Source: Bacilli bacterium (GTDB lineage: Bacteria; Bacillota_I; Bacilli_A; ML615J-28; CAG-313). Taken from it: a stretch of 64,000 nt of DNA. Within the stretch, counting starts at the first letter, position 1. Each line of letters starts with the position of its first letter. The notes under the pieces are model-generated. The model had not been told where the DNA came from, did no database searches, and was given only the letters and a program-made list of their open reading frames with translations. The stretch lies in NCBI GenBank assembly GCA_045119035.1, contig JBGVCU010000034.1, positions 2,626-66,625 on the forward strand, written 5' to 3'. Shown here piece by piece: positions 60,532-64,000 of the stretch. The position numbers and the translations under genes are program-made.

Positions 60532-61483
60532 TGTTTTTACCTGCTTTCTTAAATAATTTAGATCTAATTAAAGGGAAGGCTAGAATTACTGCAAGCATAA
60601 TTGCAATTAATAGATTTAAGAAATGATCTACTCTTAAATAAATTGCAAATTGCTTAATAATAAAGAATATAATAGCACCAATAATAATTGAAATTAATGA
60701 TACTTTAAATGAACGTTTTCTACCAAAAATAATTTCTCCAAGAATAATTGCAGCAAGTCCAATTACAATAGCTCCTCTTCCGCTTTCAGTCATTGCATTT
60801 GATGCATCTTGAGCAAAAAGTGCACCACTTAAAGCAATTAGTCCATTACTTAACATTAAACCTAGAATAATCATAAAGTCTGTATCAATACCTTGAGCTC
60901 TAGCCATTTTTGGATTATTACCAGTAGCACGCACACTCATTCCAATTTCAGTTCCAAATAGCCAATATATTAAACCTGAAACAATTAATAAAATAAATAA
61001 ACTTACAATAATAGTTACTATTTTAATTCCATATCTAGTTTGAATCCCAATAGCAGAATATACAGGTTTTAAAATTTTATTAAAAATTGTATAAATAGTT
61101 TCATCAATTGGAAGTGTTGACATTGCATTAACATTACTACTTGAAAAACCTAAAATAACTAAGTTAATTGAAGATAGTGCAGTCATTGTAATAATACCGG
61201 ATAATATTGCAGGAATTTTTAATTTTGTATGTAAAAATCCAGTTAATAAACCTCCAACACATCCGCCAATAAATGCACAAATTGTAGCAATAATCGGACT
61301 AACTCCAGCAAAAATTAATATGGCAGCAATACATCCACCAAGTGGAAAAGTACCTTCAATACTAAGATCTGCTACATCTAATATTCTAAAAGATATATAT
61401 ACACCTATTACTAAAATAGCCCATATAATACCTTGTTGCAAGCCAATTTGAAGTTGATCAATAATTCCTTGCAAAATAATCAC
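60524..61483 (-). CDS. ABC transporter permease
   Basis: SFRILDVADLSIEGTFPLG, RATGNN, IVIGLAAIILGE. Confidence 0.93.
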   Translation of the reverse strand: MIILQGIIDQLQIGLQQGIIWAILVIGVYISFRILDVADLSIEGTFPLGGCIAAILIFAGVSPIIATICAFIGGCVGGLLTGFLHTKLKIPAILSGIITMTALSSINLVILGFSSSNVNAMSTLPIDETIYTIFNKILKPVYSAIGIQTRYGIKIVTIIVSLFILLIVSGLIYWLFGTEIGMSVRATGNNPKMARAQGIDTDFMIILGLMLSNGLIALSGALFAQDASNAMTESGRGAIVIGLAAIILGEIIFGRKRSFKVSLISIIIGAIIFFIIKQFAIYLRVDHFLNLLIAIMLAVILAFPLIRSKLFKKAGKNNA

Positions 61484-61503
61484 CCTCTCTTTATATTTAT
61501 ATC

Positions 61504-62484
61504 TTATCTAGTTTTAGTTGCTTTATTCTTTAATTCTTCAGGAATAATAATACCTGCGTTATTAGCAGAAGTAAGATTTATTTCTAAATCGTTATTAGAA
61601 TAATATCCAACAGGTAAATCACCTGCTTTTGTTCCGTTTAAAACTTTAACACCCATTTCACCTGTCATTCTTCCAAGTTCAGAATAGTTAACACTTCCAA
61701 CAGTAATAGTTGCGCCTTTGTCTAAAGCACTTGCTTCTCCAACAATTGTTGGAATGTGAGCTAGGTAACATGCATTAATAACAACATTTGCACTAGCAAC
61801 AACTTTGTTATCTGTTGGAATATACATTGCACTAATACCAGATGCAATTAAAGATTCTGTAACTGATTTAATTTCAGTATCATTATTAATAGCTTGAGCT
61901 ACAACTTCAATATTTATACTTTGAGCAGCTTCACGAGCCATTGTTAATTGAATTTCTGAATTATGTTCACCAGCCGTATATATAAATCCAACTTTAGTTG
62001 CACTTGGATCAAGTTCTTTAACTAATTTAATTTGATCAGCAACAGGGTTAATATCTGAAGTACCTGAAACATTTCCACCTGGATTTTGAGCATTGGAAAT
62101 AATACCAGATGCAACAGGATCAGTTACAGCAGTAAATAGTACTGGTGTATCAATTTCTTGTTTTTCTAATTCTTGAACAAGAACTTGAGCAACAGGAGTA
62201 GCTATGGCAAAAATTAAATCACTTTTACTAACAGCTGTTCTAACAGATGATACTACAGTAGATGAATCTGCATTACAATTATATATACTAATATGAATGT
62301 TTTCTCCATCAACAAATCCTCCAGCTTTAAGACCATCAATAATTCCTTGTTCTGCATCATCTAGTGGTGCATCAGTAACGTATTTAATAATAGCTACTTC
62401 TTTTAAATCTTCTTTACAACTTGTACATAAACATAATGCTGATAATACAACAACCATTAAACAAAATAATTTTCCTAATTTCAT
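61504..62484 (-). CDS. ABC substrate-binding lipoprotein of the Trp/Tyr (ABC_sub_bind) family
   Basis: Lipobox CTSC, AIATP, VLFTAVTDPV.SG, NVSGTSD, YIPTDN. Confidence 0.9.
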   Translation of the reverse strand: MKLGKLFCLMVVVLSALCLCTSCKEDLKEVAIIKYVTDAPLDDAEQGIIDGLKAGGFVDGENIHISIYNCNADSSTVVSSVRTAVSKSDLIFAIATPVAQVLVQELEKQEIDTPVLFTAVTDPVASGIISNAQNPGGNVSGTSDINPVADQIKLVKELDPSATKVGFIYTAGEHNSEIQLTMAREAAQSINIEVVAQAINNDTEIKSVTESLIASGISAMYIPTDNKVVASANVVINACYLAHIPTIVGEASALDKGATITVGSVNYSELGRMTGEMGVKVLNGTKAGDLPVGYYSNNDLEINLTSANNAGIIIPEELKNKATKTR

Positions 62485-62516
62485 AATTTCCTCCCATATA
62501 AATTAATTTATTTAAT

Positions 62517-62546
62517 AAAAAAAGTTACTACATTTCTGTAATAACT
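62517..62546 (-). terminator. Attenuator terminator in the ABC operon leader
   Basis: AGTTATTACA-gaaa-TGTAGTAACT followed by a U-run, about 30 nt before the start codon. Confidence 0.85.
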
Positions 62547-62637
62547 AATAATACAATATATATATATTAGTAGTTATCACAAATATTATATGTTTGCAAT
62601 AACCACTTACCACTTTCCTGTCGAAAAGACCAAGGGA

Positions 62638-62700
62638 TTATTCAAACATCCTTGGAAAGTAATAATAATAAAAGCTAGCAGAAAAAATATTTGTTAACAT
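62638..62700 (-). CDS. Tyr/Phe-rich leader peptide MLTNIFSASFYYYYFPRMFE
   Basis: AAAGGAG RBS, ATG at 62700, TAA at 62640-62638, six consecutive aromatic codons. Confidence 0.85.
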   Translation of the reverse strand: MLTNIFSASFYYYYFPRMFE

Positions 62701-62800
62701 ATTTTATAATCTCCTTTCTTTCACTTACTAAAATTATACTCTTCCTTTTCGTATATGGCAAATTATATACACTTTTTTTAATTTAAATTAATGATTTTTA

Positions 62801-63586
62801 TTAAATAGCTGATCTTTTTTTATAATTAATATAATAGAATGTTCCATAGAATATTAAAATATAAATTAAAAATAACACTACTACAGATAATGGATATATT
62901 ATTTTATTTCCGTTAACAATATTATAAACAATATCATACGGAGTTCCATCACCTTGCATTAAGAACATATAGTTTGTATCGAAAATAATGTTTGCTATAT
63001 ATGCAAGAATACAGAATGCAGTTAAAATAGAGAATGTAATAATAACATTTTTCTTTTTCATACTACATAATCCTGATATTACAATATATAAAGATGCAAA
63101 TCCTGAAATACAGTGAGTAATTCCTGATACTACATTTGTAAAAGATAATACTGGATAACTTCCATAGTTATTACCTGCTAAATATGTTCCTAAGATTGCG
63201 CCTAATAACCCAAAAATGAAAACAAAGTCTAATGAAGCTTCCTTAACTCGTCCCTTACTAAAAGCAGCCAATGGAATTGTAATAAGTTGAATACTACATA
63301 AGAATAATGGCAAATTACTTAAAATCGGATCAAAAGCCTTTTCTGTTAAACAGAATATTATTATTTTAAATATTTCAAATCCATCTATTAAAATAGCAGC
63401 AAATATTAGCACTTTGTTTTTTTCAGATAATTCTTTTTTTCTATTTTTAATACCAAAGTAAATCGCTAGTATTGTCATAATAACTACAAGTGCAGTTACA
63501 AATGTTAAATGTTGCCAAGAAAAATAACCTTCTGGTTCTTTTTGATATCCACCAAATCCAAAAAATTCTTTAATTATATCTATCAT
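62801..63586 (-). CDS. YwaF/TMEM164-family integral membrane protein
   Basis: LPLFLCS, H motifs, TNYMFL; start MIDII after GGAG. Confidence 0.8.
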   Translation of the reverse strand: MIDIIKEFFGFGGYQKEPEGYFSWQHLTFVTALVVIMTILAIYFGIKNRKKELSEKNKVLIFAAILIDGFEIFKIIIFCLTEKAFDPILSNLPLFLCSIQLITIPLAAFSKGRVKEASLDFVFIFGLLGAILGTYLAGNNYGSYPVLSFTNVVSGITHCISGFASLYIVISGLCSMKKKNVIITFSILTAFCILAYIANIIFDTNYMFLMQGDGTPYDIVYNIVNGNKIIYPLSVVVLFLIYILIFYGTFYYINYKKRSAI

Positions 63587-63650
63587 ATAGTGCTCCATAA
63601 ATTTATATATATTTATATAACACCACAAATACATAGTTTTATTTAAACAT

Positions 63651-63688
63651 ATTAAAACACAACCCAAAAATTGGGTTGTGTTTAATTT
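63651..63688 (-). terminator. Intrinsic terminator
   Basis: AAACACAACCCAA-aaa-TTGGGTTGTGTTT hairpin. Confidence 0.8.
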
Positions 63689-64000
63689 TATCCAACTAAA
63701 TTATATGTATTATTAACTTTAACACCATCATCAGTAGTTAAAGATAATAAACATCCAGCCCAGAATGTTTTATCATTCCAGTTACAAATAGCAAATTCTA
63801 CAGTTACTTCTTGCCCTGAATAGTCTTTTGCCCAGCTATATTGACCAGCATCAGAACAATATAAAGTTAATGTTTGTCCATTTGCATCTTTAAATTGAAT
63901 TGAAGAGAAATATTGAGTTTCTGTTATTACAATTGTACCTCTTAAGATATATACTTGACTTGCAATATCATCATTTACATTTAAAGCTTTAATATCATCA
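63688..64000 (-). CDS. C-terminal fragment of a gene entering from the right (OB-fold-like surface domain)
   Basis: Open frame DDIKALNV...ILRGTIV...KDANGQTLTLY...NLVG* ending at TAA 63690-63688. Confidence 0.7.
   Translation of the reverse strand, partial: DDIKALNVNDDIASQVYILRGTIVITETQYFSSIQFKDANGQTLTLYCSDAGQYSWAKDYSGQEVTVEFAICNWNDKTFWAGCLLSLTTDDGVKVNNTYNLVG

Noticed and set aside
937-62506. Short antisense or alternate-frame ORFs in the track (e.g. 1752-1949, 7828-8067, 8089-8394, 24671-25018, 25479-26012, 43825-44127, 46431-46700, 55751-56044, 62297-62506)
   Set aside because: They lie within or opposite well-supported genes, lack an RBS and recognisable motifs; shadow ORFs.
62500-62790. 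T-box riboswitch upstream of the ABC operon
   Set aside because: No GGTGGNACCGCG antiterminator bulge or specifier-stem motifs; a leader peptide explains the region better.

Overview
Very AT-rich chromosomal window, translation table 11 (TGA is used as stop), with most genes on the minus strand. Gene content and sigma-A promoter style suggest a reduced low-GC Bacilli/Mollicutes-related anaerobe (inference). Housekeeping genes include addAB, yebC, rpsD, pgk-tpiA, glmS-glmM-glmU, speA-speB, glnA, a GH31 glucosidase, folT under a THF riboswitch and several ABC transporters. Five things stand out. (1) A stand-alone, apparently catalytically dead CdnC-like CD-NTase fused to a degenerate RNase H-like domain (28270-29409). 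(2) An unannotated 20-aa Tyr/Phe-rich leader peptide (FYYYYF) with alternative hairpins and a terminator ahead of an aromatic amino acid-type ABC transporter, i.e. probable ribosome-mediated attenuation in place of a T-box. (3) A secreted zinc-protease/lipoprotein cassette array between yebC and addB, with an orphan protease tail and a third, pseudogenised lipoprotein copy. (4) A TerB-DUF2791(BrxD)-Lhr helicase candidate defence operon. (5) A DinJ/YafQ pair whose toxin carries a single nonsense mutation. No rRNA, tRNA, CRISPR array, integrase or transposase was recognised. Family assignments come from motif recognition by eye and from memory, not from database searches.
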